Made by a program: the position numbers and the translations under genes. The notes beneath the pieces were generated by a model that did not search any database, was not told where the DNA came from, and saw only the letters and a program-made list of their open reading frames with translations. A stretch of DNA of 63,727 nt, the filler included, from Reticulomyxa filosa (taxonomy: Eukaryota > Protista > Foraminifera), in NCBI GenBank assembly GCA_000512085.1. It is 24 parts of 24 records of this genome, joined end to end, with 100 filler letters (N's around TTAATTAATTAA, not from the genome) between each part and the next. Parts side by side here need not be neighbours in the genome. Positions count along the whole stretch, not along the records: positions 1 to 6,352 come from ASPP01002704.1; positions 6,453 to 9,859 come from ASPP01008994.1; positions 9,960 to 11,326 come from ASPP01009590.1; positions 11,427 to 19,047 come from ASPP01010536.1; 20 more parts are not named here. One strand, 5' to 3'. Shown here piece after piece: positions 1 through 11,599 of this stretch; positions within the stretch are counted from its first letter, which is position 1, and every line of letters begins with the position of its first letter.

Positions 1-1113
1 GTAAACCTTCCAACATCAAATACTTGATTATAATCTCCACTATAATCACATTTAATTTTTTCCTGTAATCTTATACTGTCTTTCACTTTTTGTGGTTTTA
101 CTACTGTAATCAAATATTTAGCCACCAAATTAATTATCTCATTACTTACCATTGCATTTTCACTCCTAGTAATTAAATCTTCCAAACTTGTTGCATGTTG
201 TCTAATTTTTTTAGACTTCACTTCATAAGATAATCCTGATTTAATAGGATAAAAGCATTGATAATGATTATCTTTCACAGGAATTGAATTATCACTTGAG
301 TTTATGGAATGTTCTGAATTGAAAAGCATTGCCTTTACAATCGATGTAACAGTTAATTGTCCACAATCTGGACAACAATATAACGTTTTGTCTGGTTTGA
401 ATGAAATATCATCAAATCCAATATTTACCCAAACTGGAAGCTTTGCTTTCGCAACCAAACAATCCATATTTGTGCAATAACCTTGCAAATTAATTCCAGA
501 TTTAGTTTCTCCAATTTCTACTTTTTCTTCTTCTTTTTTTAATGTATCTCCATTCTTATTTTCTTTTAGCTGTTTAAATTAAATGCATGTTATTATGTAA
601 GAAATAGAAAAGTAACAATAGTATTAACTTGTTCATTTTTGATCTCTTCAATTATATCAGTCTATTAGTTGTAAAAATAATATTTACATAAATTGTATTT
701 TTTATATGAAAATATAAATAACTTTCTGATCAAGCAATGTTGTAGTGATCTGTTCAATCACTATTGATATATTGCCATTGCTTTGTTCAAGATATTTTTT
801 CAACTCTTCTTCTTTCATTATATCACCATATAGTTTTATCAATGCTTTCATTTCTGTTTCATATCTTCCTGATCCTGGTTCGCTTTGCATACCACCTAAA
901 ACTTTCACTTGTTGCTTGTATTCATACAGTGAATTTTCATGTATTGCTTCTTCAGCCTGTGTTATATTATCGTACTAAATCTTCAAATATGCTCTTTCAA
1001 AAAAAGAGTAATGGAAAATATGAGTTTATTCAAACCTTTGTAAATACATCGCTCTGTATTTTTATCAATAAAATACAGTCTTTAATTTCATCATTGTCAA
1101 ACGGTCTTGACAT
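1..1113 (-). CDS. NLR-like family copy 1, 5' part (CUE/UBA-like + Cys4 domain + start of RelA/SpoT-like domain); runs off the window edge
   Basis: Manual model: exons 1113-1036, 974-723, 661-629 and 569-1, separated by three phase-0 GT-AG introns of 61, 61 and 59 nt. Exon 4 reads ...[36 protein letters not shown]...CPDC...[12 protein letters not shown]...[29 protein letters not shown], collinear with the ORF at 59747. Exon 4 is absent from the ORF track. Confidence 0.85.
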
Positions 1114-2267
1114 TGTCTTTTTCAGAAACTGCTTGTCACGCATACATATCTTTTTCTTATTTTAAGTTGATTTTTTTTTTTGGAAAAAAAACAAGATTAC
1201 GTGAGTGTGAAGTATGTTAAAAGCACAGCTTTGTCTTACTTTTACGTAAATGATTTTTTTTGAAAAAAATAGTTTTTTTTTTAAACAAGCGTTTCTTAGA
1301 ACCTTGTGCTAAAACTCACACAAATCAACCTTCAGTTTTGTTTCAAGAAAATTTCATTTTAGAAAAAAGGTTAATATTTCAAAAAAGAGAAAGAATATCC
1401 TACATTGCATTTTTTTTTTGGATAATCAAACCATACAGGTTCATGCATATAATATTAATTATCGAACCCCTTTCGCATGAGAAAAAAACTATGAAAGAAC
1501 GTCTTAGAGTTTTTCAAAAACACGAATTCACAAAATAAAAAAAAGGATTATTTGTACATCCATACCCAGAAACACGGAAATCCGATATTATTTCTCACGG
1601 CTTTGGATTTTTCAATGATATTCTGTTGCCTGCATGATAGCAATCCATAATTTTTTATTCTTTTTAAAAAAAACAGCTGTTAGTTTTTACGCTGATACTG
1701 TGAGATGAATAAAAAACAACTAAAAAGTGTATTATATTTGAAATGATTACTGTCTTTCTTTGCCAGTTGTGACACTAATTTCTTTTTTTACTTTGAAATG
1801 CTTAACTCCAATGTGCAATCATACAATTAATCTTACCATCAAGTCTTTTTGTAACGCTAATCTCAAAACAAGCAAAATCCAATTAATCGTTCATGTGTAA
1901 AATTTTCGCTATATCATCATTTAATGATCGATATTTGTGTTATTGAAACAGCCAAACAATTCATTGTATTTAAAAGACATGAAGATTATGTGATATCTCT
2001 AAATGTTTACCATTGAAGAAGCGAGAAAAGCAATGCAAAAGCAATTGTGATTTCTTTGAGCTTCCAACTTGTAATGTCTTTACTTTTAATAACTTGTTTT
2101 TTTTCATTTCTGTCAACAACACAATTCTCTGATATTCATAATCAAATGTTGTCATGTCTCATTCTTCAGAACGCAATTATTTATTACAGAGAATACAATT
2201 ATTGATAAACAATTAAAACAATATATATTACAATTCTATGGAATACTAAATACATCACGATATTCCT

Positions 2268-2351
2268 CAAGGACAAGATGATAAAGCAATTGAATATCAT
2301 AATCTTGTTAATTCAAATTGGAATTTAAGATCAATATTTGAAGAAAAACAA
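2268..2351 (+). pseudogene. Possible decayed TPR-repeat fragment
   Basis: Reads QGQDDKAIEYHNLVNSNWNLRSIFEENK, resembling the TPR consensus G.YDKAIEYY...NLG; no intact ORF around it. Confidence 0.3.
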
Positions 2352-2485
2352 ATTGCACACATATTATAAAACTGCGTGGAAAATTTGAATTAAAAGTTAA
2401 GGACAGCTTGAAAAATTTAAGTGGAAGCATTGCATAATTGAATTTTTAACAAAAAAAAAAAATTGTTATTATTTATTTATTATGA

Positions 2486-5400
2486 TTAAAATATTCCACC
2501 ACGCTGTTCTACGAGTAATTTTTGCTGAGGTGTTAAACCATTTGTATTTTCCCATATACTGTCTTTCATTGATAAACCAAAACATTGAACACCTGCTTGC
2601 CAAATACATTTCATCATATCAGATTTTGCAGTATCACTACTCCATAATCGAATTGTTCTATCTTCTGAACATGTTACAATTTTTGAACTATCTGTTGATA
2701 TTTGTAATTCATGTATATCTCCTGTATGTCCTTCTAATATTTGAATTTGTTTTCCTGAATATACATTCCATATAATTATATCTTTATTATTTGAATATGA
2801 TATTATTTTAGAGCCATCTGGTGAAAATTGTGCTTGATTTATATTTGCTGAATGTCCTTCTAATGTATAAATTTTTTCTCCTGATAATATACTCCATAAA
2901 CAAATTGTTTTATCATATGACCATGATAAAATTTTAGAACCATCAGGTGAAAAATATGCTCCATTTACAATATCAGTATGTCCTTCGAATAATAAAAGTT
3001 GTTTTCCAGTAAATACATCCCATAATCGAATAGTGGTATCTGTTGAACATGTTACAATTTGTGAACAATCTGGTGAAAATTGTGCAGTATTTATATAACG
3101 TGTATGTCCTTCAAATATTTGAAGTTGTTTTCCAGAAGATACATCCCATAATCGAGCTGTTTTATCACGAGAATAAGATAAAATTTTAGAACCATCAGGT
3201 GAAAATTGAACTCCTATTACAGTATCATTATGTCCTTGTAATAATTGAAATTGTTTTCCTGATAATATATCCCATATTTGAATTATTTTATCTCGACGAC
3301 AAGATACAATTTTAGAATTATCTAAAGATAAATCAATTTTTGTTATACTATCAGTATTAATTAATTGTATTTGTTTTCCAGATAATATATTCCATATTCG
3401 TATTGTTTTATCTATTGAACGTGAAATAATTTGTTTACCATCTGATGAAAATAATATTTCATATACACTTTCTTTATGTCCTTCAAATATTTGTAATTGT
3501 TTTCCTGATAATACATCCCATAATCTAATAGTTTTATCTTCTGAACATGATAATATTTTTTTATTATCAGGTGAAAAACATACTTTATATATACTACCTA
3601 AATGTCCTTCAGTTAATTGAATTTTTTGTCTTAATGCTACATCCCATATTCGAATAGTTTTATCAAATGAACATGATAAAATTTTAGAACCATTTGGAAA
3701 AAATTGTACTCCATCTACACGATCTAAATGTCCTTGTAATATTTGTAATTGATTTCCTGATAATGCATCCCATATTCTAATTGTTCTATCTTCTGAACAT
3801 GATACAATTTTTGAACCATCTGATGAAAATTTTACTGAAGTTATTGGCTCATTATGTCCTTGTAATATTTGTAATTGTTTTCCTGATAATATATCCCATA
3901 TTCTTATTGTTGCATCAGCTGAACAAGATAAAATTTTTGAACCATCTGGTGATATATGAAATCCATTTACACTTTCTGAATGTCCTTCAAATATTTTAAT
4001 TTGTTGATTTGAAGACAAATTCCATAATCGAATAGTTTTATCATCTGAACATGATATAACATTTAAATCATTTGGTAATAACTGTATTGCATTAATAGGA
4101 GATGTATGTCCTTGTAATATTTGTAATTGATTTCCAGATAATATATCCCATAATCTAATTGTATTATCCCATGAACTTGATATAATTTTTAAATTATCTG
4201 ATGAAAATTGTACTCCACTTACAGCATCTAAATGTCCTTCTAATTTTTTTATTTGTTTAATAGATTTTATATCCCATATTCGAATACTTTTATCCCATGA
4301 ACCTGAAACTATTTTTAAATCATCTTGTGAAAATTTTGCATCAAATACTGATTCTAAATGTCCTTCAAATATTTGTAATTGTTTTCCAGATAATATATCC
4401 CATATTCTAATACTTTTATCTCTTGAACATGATACAATTTTTAAACCATCAGATGAAAATTGTATTCCATTTACACCATGTAAATGTCCTTGTAAATATG
4501 CATATTCTCCAAAATAAATTTCATTCATTGATGCATTTGTAAAATTAACTTTATTTAAAAAAGCTTGATAAAAACTTACTTGTTCTAAATTTGCATTTTT
4601 AAAATTAGTTCCTTCAAGAAATGCATTATCTAATATTGCATTTGGTATTTGTATATTATTCCAATTTTTATAATGCATATTAACATTTGCTGCATTAAGA
4701 ATTGTAATTGCATTTGCTGCAGCAATACAAATATTTTTATTAGTCTTAGATGCTTCAATAATTCGAAATAGTCTTGATTTTAAATTAATATATATTGAAT
4801 TTGTATCATTAATTCGTTCACTAATAAATTCAATCATTCCTAATTCTTCATTTAATAATTTATTATTAATAAGTAATGTTGGAATATGTGTTTCAAATTG
4901 TTGTTGAAAATCTTGATTATTTAAATTAATATTTAATTTAATATTTGGTTTCCATGAAATAATATCTAATATAATTTTTTGTGCTGCGTAATATTCTTGA
5001 CAAGATTTATGTAAAAATTGATATTTATTATCTGCAGTTCTTCTTAATACATATTTAGCAATACTATCACCATTAAAATATTTTTCCCAAATATCTTCTG
5101 TTTTTAAAATATTTATATTCATTTCATTTATTATTTTTTCATTTATAATATATTTCTTTTCTTCTTCTTCTTCCATTTTTGGATCTAATTTATTACAAAT
5201 TTCATTATCATTATTTTCAAATAAAATATCTGATTCAATTGCGACTTGATTTCCTTGAATAAACATTTCAAAAGCTAAATCAAGACAATATTTTTGAAGT
5301 GTTGATATTAATTTTTTATTATTTATTTGAATACGTAATTCTGTTAATTTAGAAATTATATTTTGACTATGAACATCAATCCATTGTTCATTAAATACTT

Positions 5401-6352
5401 CATATACTTTTGTTCTAGAAATTTTACTTCCTGCACCATATTGTTTTATCAATGACGGTAATATATTTAAAATAAGTTGAAGAAGAAATGGTTCTTCTAT
5501 CATTTTTTGTAAATTTGGATAATTATTTAATGTTTCTTCATATTGTTTTGATGTCCAATTATCATTATTATCATTATTATCATTATTTTCATTCTTTTTT
5601 ATTTTATTTTTAAATTTCATATTTGCAAATTTTTCAATATAATTATGCATTTGTTGTTTTGTAAATGGCCATAAATACATTATTGATGTATAGTTTTGAT
5701 TTGTACCAATTAAAACAGTTTTAATATCATCTTCATTTAATACATTATTTCGACAAGTAATAATTATTTTTGCATTCCATTGATTTAAATTAAATCGATC
5801 ATAAAAATATTTATTATTATTATCATTTTTATTATATTTATCAAATATTTCATCAAATCCATCCATAATAAATATAAAAGATACTTTTTCACGTATTGTA
5901 TCCATAATTTCTTTACTAATATTTTTACCTTGTAATGCTTGTAAAATAATTGCATTTTCATTTTTTTTATTATAAATTTTTGAAAATGAAATATAAACAG
6001 GAATAGGTTTTTTTGAATCCAATAAATAATCTTTCCATAATATTTCTTCTAAATGTCTACAAAATATACTTTTTCCTGATCCTGATTTTCCTTGAATTAT
6101 CATTATTTTTTGTTGTTCATTTTTTTTTTCTTCATTTTTTTCTAAAAATTCAATTGTATGTTGATAACCATCATATGTTTCATGTTTTTGATTAGTATCA
6201 CCATCTATATATGGATAATTATTTGCTTGTAATGGAATATATGTTTCAAGTGCTTGTAATATAGTTATATCTTCTGTCATTTCTATTTTTCTTGATTCTT
6301 GTAATAATAATGCAAAATCAGCACAACTTGCTGGATTTTTATCTCCAATAAT
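2486..6352 (-). CDS. NLR-like family copy 2: NACHT NTPase + pentapeptide repeats + about 15 WD40 repeats (5' truncated at contig end)
   Basis: Walker A GKSGSGKS, Walker B FIFIMDGFDE, sensor IITCR, winged-helix motif FLHKSCQEYYAA, pentapeptides (AFLEG TNFKN ANLEQ VSFYQ AFLNK VNFTN) and 42-aa GH...WD repeats. The frame stays open to the contig edge (IIGDKNPASCADFALLLQESRKIE upstream of the ORF-track Met). Confidence 0.95.
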   Translation of the reverse strand: MIGDKNPASCADFALLLQESRKIEMTEDITILQALETYIPLQANNYPYIDGDTNQKHETYDGYQHTIEFLEKNEEKKNEQQKIMIIQGKSGSGKSIFCRHLEEILWKDYLLDSKKPIPVYISFSKIYNKKNENAIILQALQGKNISKEIMDTIREKVSFIFIMDGFDEIFDKYNKNDNNNKYFYDRFNLNQWNAKIIITCRNNVLNEDDIKTVLIGTNQNYTSIMYLWPFTKQQMHNYIEKFANMKFKNKIKKNENNDNNDNNDNWTSKQYEETLNNYPNLQKMIEEPFLLQLILNILPSLIKQYGAGSKISRTKVYEVFNEQWIDVHSQNIISKLTELRIQINNKKLISTLQKYCLDLAFEMFIQGNQVAIESDILFENNDNEICNKLDPKMEEEEEKKYIINEKIINEMNINILKTEDIWEKYFNGDSIAKYVLRRTADNKYQFLHKSCQEYYAAQKIILDIISWKPNIKLNINLNNQDFQQQFETHIPTLLINNKLLNEELGMIEFISERINDTNSIYINLKSRLFRIIEASKTNKNICIAAANAITILNAANVNMHYKNWNNIQIPNAILDNAFLEGTNFKNANLEQVSFYQAFLNKVNFTNASMNEIYFGEYAYLQGHLHGVNGIQFSSDGLKIVSCSRDKSIRIWDILSGKQLQIFEGHLESVFDAKFSQDDLKIVSGSWDKSIRIWDIKSIKQIKKLEGHLDAVSGVQFSSDNLKIISSSWDNTIRLWDILSGNQLQILQGHTSPINAIQLLPNDLNVISCSDDKTIRLWNLSSNQQIKIFEGHSESVNGFHISPDGSKILSCSADATIRIWDILSGKQLQILQGHNEPITSVKFSSDGSKIVSCSEDRTIRIWDALSGNQLQILQGHLDRVDGVQFFPNGSKILSCSFDKTIRIWDVALRQKIQLTEGHLGSIYKVCFSPDNKKILSCSEDKTIRLWDVLSGKQLQIFEGHKESVYEILFSSDGKQIISRSIDKTIRIWNILSGKQIQLINTDSITKIDLSLDNSKIVSCRRDKIIQIWDILSGKQFQLLQGHNDTVIGVQFSPDGSKILSYSRDKTARLWDVSSGKQLQIFEGHTRYINTAQFSPDCSQIVTCSTDTTIRLWDVFTGKQLLLFEGHTDIVNGAYFSPDGSKILSWSYDKTICLWSILSGEKIYTLEGHSANINQAQFSPDGSKIISYSNNKDIIIWNVYSGKQIQILEGHTGDIHELQISTDSSKIVTCSEDRTIRLWSSDTAKSDMMKCIWQAGVQCFGLSMKDSIWENTNGLTPQQKLLVEQRGGIF

Positions 6353-6452
6353 NNNNNNNNNNNNNNNNNNNNNNNNNNNNNNNNNNNNNNNNNNNNTTAA
6401 TTAATTAANNNNNNNNNNNNNNNNNNNNNNNNNNNNNNNNNNNNNNNNNNNN
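6353..6452. other. Artificial contig spacer (44N-TTAATTAATTAA-44N); 23 copies in the window
   Basis: Identical 100-bp linker also starts at 9860, 11327, 19048, 22176, 23455, 25204, 27055, 28785, 31080, 32278, 33701, 36778, 38521, 39929, 42986, 44211, 51483, 52669, 54110, 55361, 59537 and 62269; the 12-mer places stop codons in all six frames. Confidence 0.99.
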
Positions 6453-6599
6453 AAAAAAAAAAAAAAAAAAATCTTCTCTTGCACATGTATAATATATACG
6501 TATAAATATATATGTATATGTATATATGTATACGTTACATACACATATGTACATGTACACATTTTTTTTTTTTTTGGTTTCTTTTTTGCTTTGTTTACC

Positions 6600-8845
6600 T
6601 CATCTACTGTTGCACGTAAGTTTGATTGATTATTCTCTTGCTTTTGTGCCATTGACGCGGTAACTACTGACAAGACTTTACCAATCATTACCAATGAGTT
6701 CGAGTCCAACACAATTAATCGGCCTTTATTTTTGTTTGTATCCCCCCCCCTCCTCTCTCATTTATTCATTCTCTAAACACTTTCGATCGATCATAACAAT
6801 TTCTTGGAGGAAAAAAAAAAAAAAACTCGTATACGTGTATATGTGCGAAAGAGTACATATAAATCCCACGTACACAAAAGCAAAGTCCCCACCCTCAATC
6901 TCTTTCATATCTCTCTCTCCCCCCCCTCTCTTTCTCAAAGAAAACTAAAAACTGGACGGGAAAGACAGATATACAAACAAACCTAAAGCAGGACATTGTT
7001 TATATGGACACACAACGAAAGGTACTTTGGGGACGAAGACGACCTCGGCCTCGTCATAGGCGGAAATGAAATCAGGCGTGTCTTCTTTGAGGGTGGAGGT
7101 GGCAGGACTTTTTTTCCAATGAATGTGTTGCAATTGGCAAGCAGCTTTTGCAGTGTGTGCAAAAACGCAGGGAGTGTACCCCCCATGTCCATAGTTTAGT
7201 GCTTGCGCCATTAATTTTCCAGAGTGGTCCACCACGACCACAACCAAAGCAGTGAACTGTACGACAGGCTCCAAAGTTAAAAACTCGCCGTTGGCGTTGG
7301 CATTGGCATTGGCATTGGGATCGTAATCACGACGATATTGATCGTCCAAACACATAATATCCCCAACACGTGGAAAAAGTGTATAATCTTTCCAATGTCG
7401 AACATGGACGCCAACGTAGTCACCTCCTGCATCAGCATGGTCCATGGAATGATAATGCGATTCAATGGAAAATACCATTCCACGGGCATTGGAAGGAATA
7501 AATTTCACGCAAGTGTTTGTAGTAACGGTCCCTCGTTGAACCCGTCCCAGGACAACTCGTCCAACTCCTTTCACTTGAAACGTATTCCAAACTGGCATTA
7601 TCAATGTGCTATCCTCTTTTTTTTCTTCTTCTTCTTCTTCTCCTCCTCTTCCTCCTCTTCCTCCTTCTCCTTTTCAATACGTTGCTTTTTGCTTACCTTT
7701 CCTTGACTGTTCAGTGCATCCAATACCGTTAAGCTGCTGCACGTAGCGCTGCCGTCATGGACCTCGCTACTTCTACGTCCTTTCCACCAACCTAGCTTCG
7801 CGCTTGCCTTTGTTACGTTGTCGCCTTTCGCTGCACTCAACGGTACAAATGTTAGCTGCTTCAAACCTTTGTGCTTGGCACGAAGTATCTTCTCCATTTT
7901 TAACGCCACTTCTTCAAATCGTTCTTGCTCGTAATTTACCGATACGTCGTCCATTTTGTTTACACATACAATCACCTCATTCACTCCAAATGCATGCAAT
8001 AGCAATGCATGTGCTCTTGCTTGTCCTGCTAATTTGCTTTATTTGCATTTGTCACGTATTTATACATATATATATACATTTATATAACTTCTGTGTGTAT
8101 ACGTGCATGTATACGTACTTTTGATTGTTTTATATATGTATACATATATAGAAATGTACCCCATTTTGTGGTCTCCATTGGCAACGTATGCCTCAAATGC
8201 ATCTCTATTTGCTGGGACAATCAACAATGCTACATTTGCTTGAAACATTCCACGAATTACATGTTTCATTAACGTTCTTTAATATTATGTATACATATAT
8301 GTACGTATACGAACATTCTACACACACATGTTACGTGTACATATTACTTGGCACATCTTTTTGAAAATTGGGCGGTGCCATTCAACAATTATTATTTTTT
8401 ATTATTGAGTACATATATATGTATATATGTTTTGTTTTGTTAAGAAACCTGTGCCCTGGGGTATCAATCACGGTATAGTGATGAGTTGATGTTAGCAGCT
8501 GCATGCAATTTGCAGAAACGGTCATCCCTCGTTTTCTTGCTTCACTCGATCGATCCATTGCTAATGCATACATTCTTCCTGGGTTTGCCAATGACTGTGC
8601 CTCTCTCTTCAGATTTTCCATTTCTCTATACGATAATAAACCCATTTCTTGTTGCAGACGCCCACATAAGGTTGACTTGCCACTACCCTGATCCCCTTTA
8701 TTTTTTTCGTTTATGTTCGTTGTTCTTTTTAGTGCTAACAAAGTATTTAACACTAATATTTCTTTAGCTCTAATTTATAATGCTTATATATACCTATAAC
8801 CACAAGTCCAAAGCGTATTTTTTCTCTGTCTTGATTGCTTGCCAT
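6600..8845 (-). CDS. Divergent elongation factor-like (EFL, EF-1alpha family) translational GTPase, multi-exon; 3' end approximate
   Basis: Spliced MASNQDREKIRFGLVVIG|DQGSGKST, RGMT, DTPGHR, VNKMD and PLSAAKGDNV. EFL-type segments: NGDHKMG..GQARAHALLL, GYTPCVFAHTAKAAC..HWKK and CPALGRLIVLDSNSLVMIGKV. Confidence 0.8.
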
Positions 8846-9215
8846 TTTCAAATGAAACGTACCTCTCCACCCCTCAAAAAAAATCAACAAACTTCTTCTC
8901 AATCTTTAATGAAAGATAGCTTCATCACTAAGTTATCATAAAATAATTGTTATTTGTTGCAAGCATGCTTCATTTGTTATAAACTTCTATGCTTTCACTT
9001 TGAATTTTTAATTATCTTAACAATTATTTTCTAACATTGTTAATTTTTATTTGTTAGCAACAGAATCTGCAAGATTTTTTTCTACTTACTCGAGACTAAA
9101 TAGGGACAGTGCAGCCAAAGTGTTTTGAACGAAAGACGTCGCTTCACCCGCTTTTTTTTTTTGGTTGTGAGTTTGGGTGAAAAATCTTGCCCTTTTTCTC
9201 GAATATCAATTTACA

Positions 9216-9830
9216 ATGTCTTTTTTGTCCAAGGGATTTTGGTTGCTCTTCCTTGCAGTTGCTGTAATTGCAAGTGATGTAGTTGAATTGGACACTAATA
9301 ATTTTGAGAAGCTGACCCAAGCCACAACAGGAAGCACTACTGGCGCTTGGTTTATCGAATTCTTTGCCCCTTGGTAAAGATGAAGTGACGAGAACAAAAA
9401 AAGGGAGAGAAGTAGATAAAAAAAGTAAGAGTAAGATTACAAAAACAAAACAAACAAAAAAGGTGCGGACACTGCAAGAAGTTAGCACCAACCTGGGAAG
9501 AGTTAGCAACAGAATTGAAAGGAGAAATAAATGTTGCAAAGGTAGATGTAACTGCGAATCGTGCATTGGGAAAGCAATTCAAAGTCCAAGGATTCCCAAC
9601 ACTCATTTTGCTGAAAAGAGTTTTGTCTTGGTGCTGTATTTCAATGTGTTGTGACTTATGTTGGTGCAAGTAAGCGAATCAATTGAATCCAAAAAAATTA
9701 AAATAATACAAAAGGGCAAAATGTGCGAGTTCACTGGTCAGCGAACCAAAGAGGCACTGGCAGAGTGGGCCCGTTCCGCGGATTGTCCCAACGAAATTCC
9801 AGCAGGGCCTGGGTTTTTAAACCAATTTTT
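9216..9830 (+). CDS. Secretory-pathway thioredoxin/PDI-like protein (3' partial)
   Basis: Signal peptide MSFLSKGFWLLFLAVAVIAS; FFAPW|CGHC active site split by an intron; AKVDVT and GFPTL motifs. Confidence 0.9.
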
Positions 9831-9959
9831 GGTTATTTATAAATTTTTTTTTTTTTTTTNNNNNNNNNNNNNNNNNNNNNNNNNNNNNNNNNNNNNNNNN
9901 NNNTTAATTAATTAANNNNNNNNNNNNNNNNNNNNNNNNNNNNNNNNNNNNNNNNNNNN

Positions 9960-11240
9960 TTCCATACCCGATTGACCCATATTCCCCTGCCCACAACCTT
10001 GACCATCAAATGTATGCATTTGCGGATCAGTATATAAATCTCCAACTCCCTGAAGATCACAGATCAAAATTTTGTGTTCACTTGCCTCATAAGTGAAATG
10101 AGCAAAAGCCTGCGGTGTATTGCGACGCACTACATCATTGATCCAGTCCCAATTGTTTGTATATTTTTTGTAATCTCCTTCAATATATGGTTCTACTCCA
10201 CAACTGCAATGCATTTATCCCATTGTTTTTATTTTTATGTTTATCTTTTGTTTTTCATACAATTAAACGGGGGAAAAAAAAGATGACTCTAAAAAAAAAA
10301 AAAAAAAGAGTCAAGTTAACGAAACAACATAGAGGGTGTTCGATCAACCAATTCATAAACCCAGCAATCAAGGAAGCCAATTTTTTTAGGGACTCCCTTT
10401 TTGTTAAATTCCTCTGCAAAGCGCTGGGCATGTTTTTGCATAGCAACGTCCTGGAAATAGGACTTCCACTCTTCGCAAGGATCGATTGCGATTTTAGCGA
10501 CGTGAGTGGGGGTCACTGCAAAATTGGCGATTACGAGCCTGTTGAAGTAGTGGAGTCAATCATATAATACACGTACCGCAATGAGCCATGGTCGAAAGGA
10601 TTGGGGGATATTTGCACCGTTCGTGTTTCTTGAGTCCATACCTCTTTATTATCCACTATGCGGCAACTATGGCATATGGCTCGTTCTTTTGCCACCGTCT
10701 CCCATTTGGGGATTTCTTTTATTATCTCAATGTCTCCAAGAACTTTAACAAACATATATGTATATGTATACATATATATATATATATGTACATATATATG
10801 TACATGTATGTATATGTACAGCCATATGTTACATGCCATGTGTATACGTATGCATATACAATTATACGTATACACTCCAAAAAAAAAAAAAACATACCTC
10901 GTTTTTCATTTGGTTTACTAAAGTTGCGATGGACTTGATTTTTGGTAGATTGGTTGATCTTTGTCCCCGTGATATGGTCGACCAATTTCAGTTTTCTTTG
11001 CTCATATTCTTCTGTCGATATCATGTTCAATTGATACAATTGCTCCAAGTTTGACTCGTTCCAGAGCTCTTCCTCTCTTTCCCTGCTCTTGTCCATCACC
11101 TTGGCAGTGTATTTACTCGTCCATGTTTTCATTCGTTCTTTTTCATCCCTTTCTCCTTGCTTTTCGTTGTTGTTCCCAGATCTGGCTCCTTTTTTTTTCT
11201 CGGCACTCGAACGCTGTTGCAATGTCAATCTTTCCAAATT
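9960..11240 (-). CDS. Alpha-kinase (eEF2K/myosin heavy chain kinase family), partial, multi-exon
   Basis: FDHGSLRYVY, HVAK, VEPYIEGDYKKYTNN, PQAFAHFTYEASEHKILICDLQGVGDLYTDPQMH and GQGNMG. Confidence 0.92.
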
Positions 11241-11291
11241 GCTTGCGTCTTATTGTGCAATTCATAATGACCAATTATGATATTATATATA

Positions 11292-11326
<35 letters not shown>

Positions 11327-11426
11327 NNNNNNNNNNNNNNNNNNNNNNNNNNNNNNNNNNNNNNNNNNNNTTAATTAATTAANNNNNNNNNNNNNNNNNN
11401 NNNNNNNNNNNNNNNNNNNNNNNNNN

Positions 11427-11465
<39 letters not shown>

Positions 11466-11599
11466 ACTCTCTTACCTTTTTATGTATATAAAATTTTTTT
11501 TTAAGAAGGGGTATATTTGATTAGTGGTGATTTTGAGGGATATGCATGTATGTATGTGTGTAATGTTGCTGGTATGGCCGGATAAAAGGAAAGGACAAT

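Noticed and set aside
2482-6195. Plus-strand ORFs overlapping the NACHT-WD40 gene
   Set aside because: Antisense shadows of an AT-rich repetitive coding strand, with no motifs
10750-10875. ORFs rich in Y/I/C/M/H or poly-F/K
   Set aside because: Translations of intronic (TA)n, (TATG)n and poly-A/T tracts
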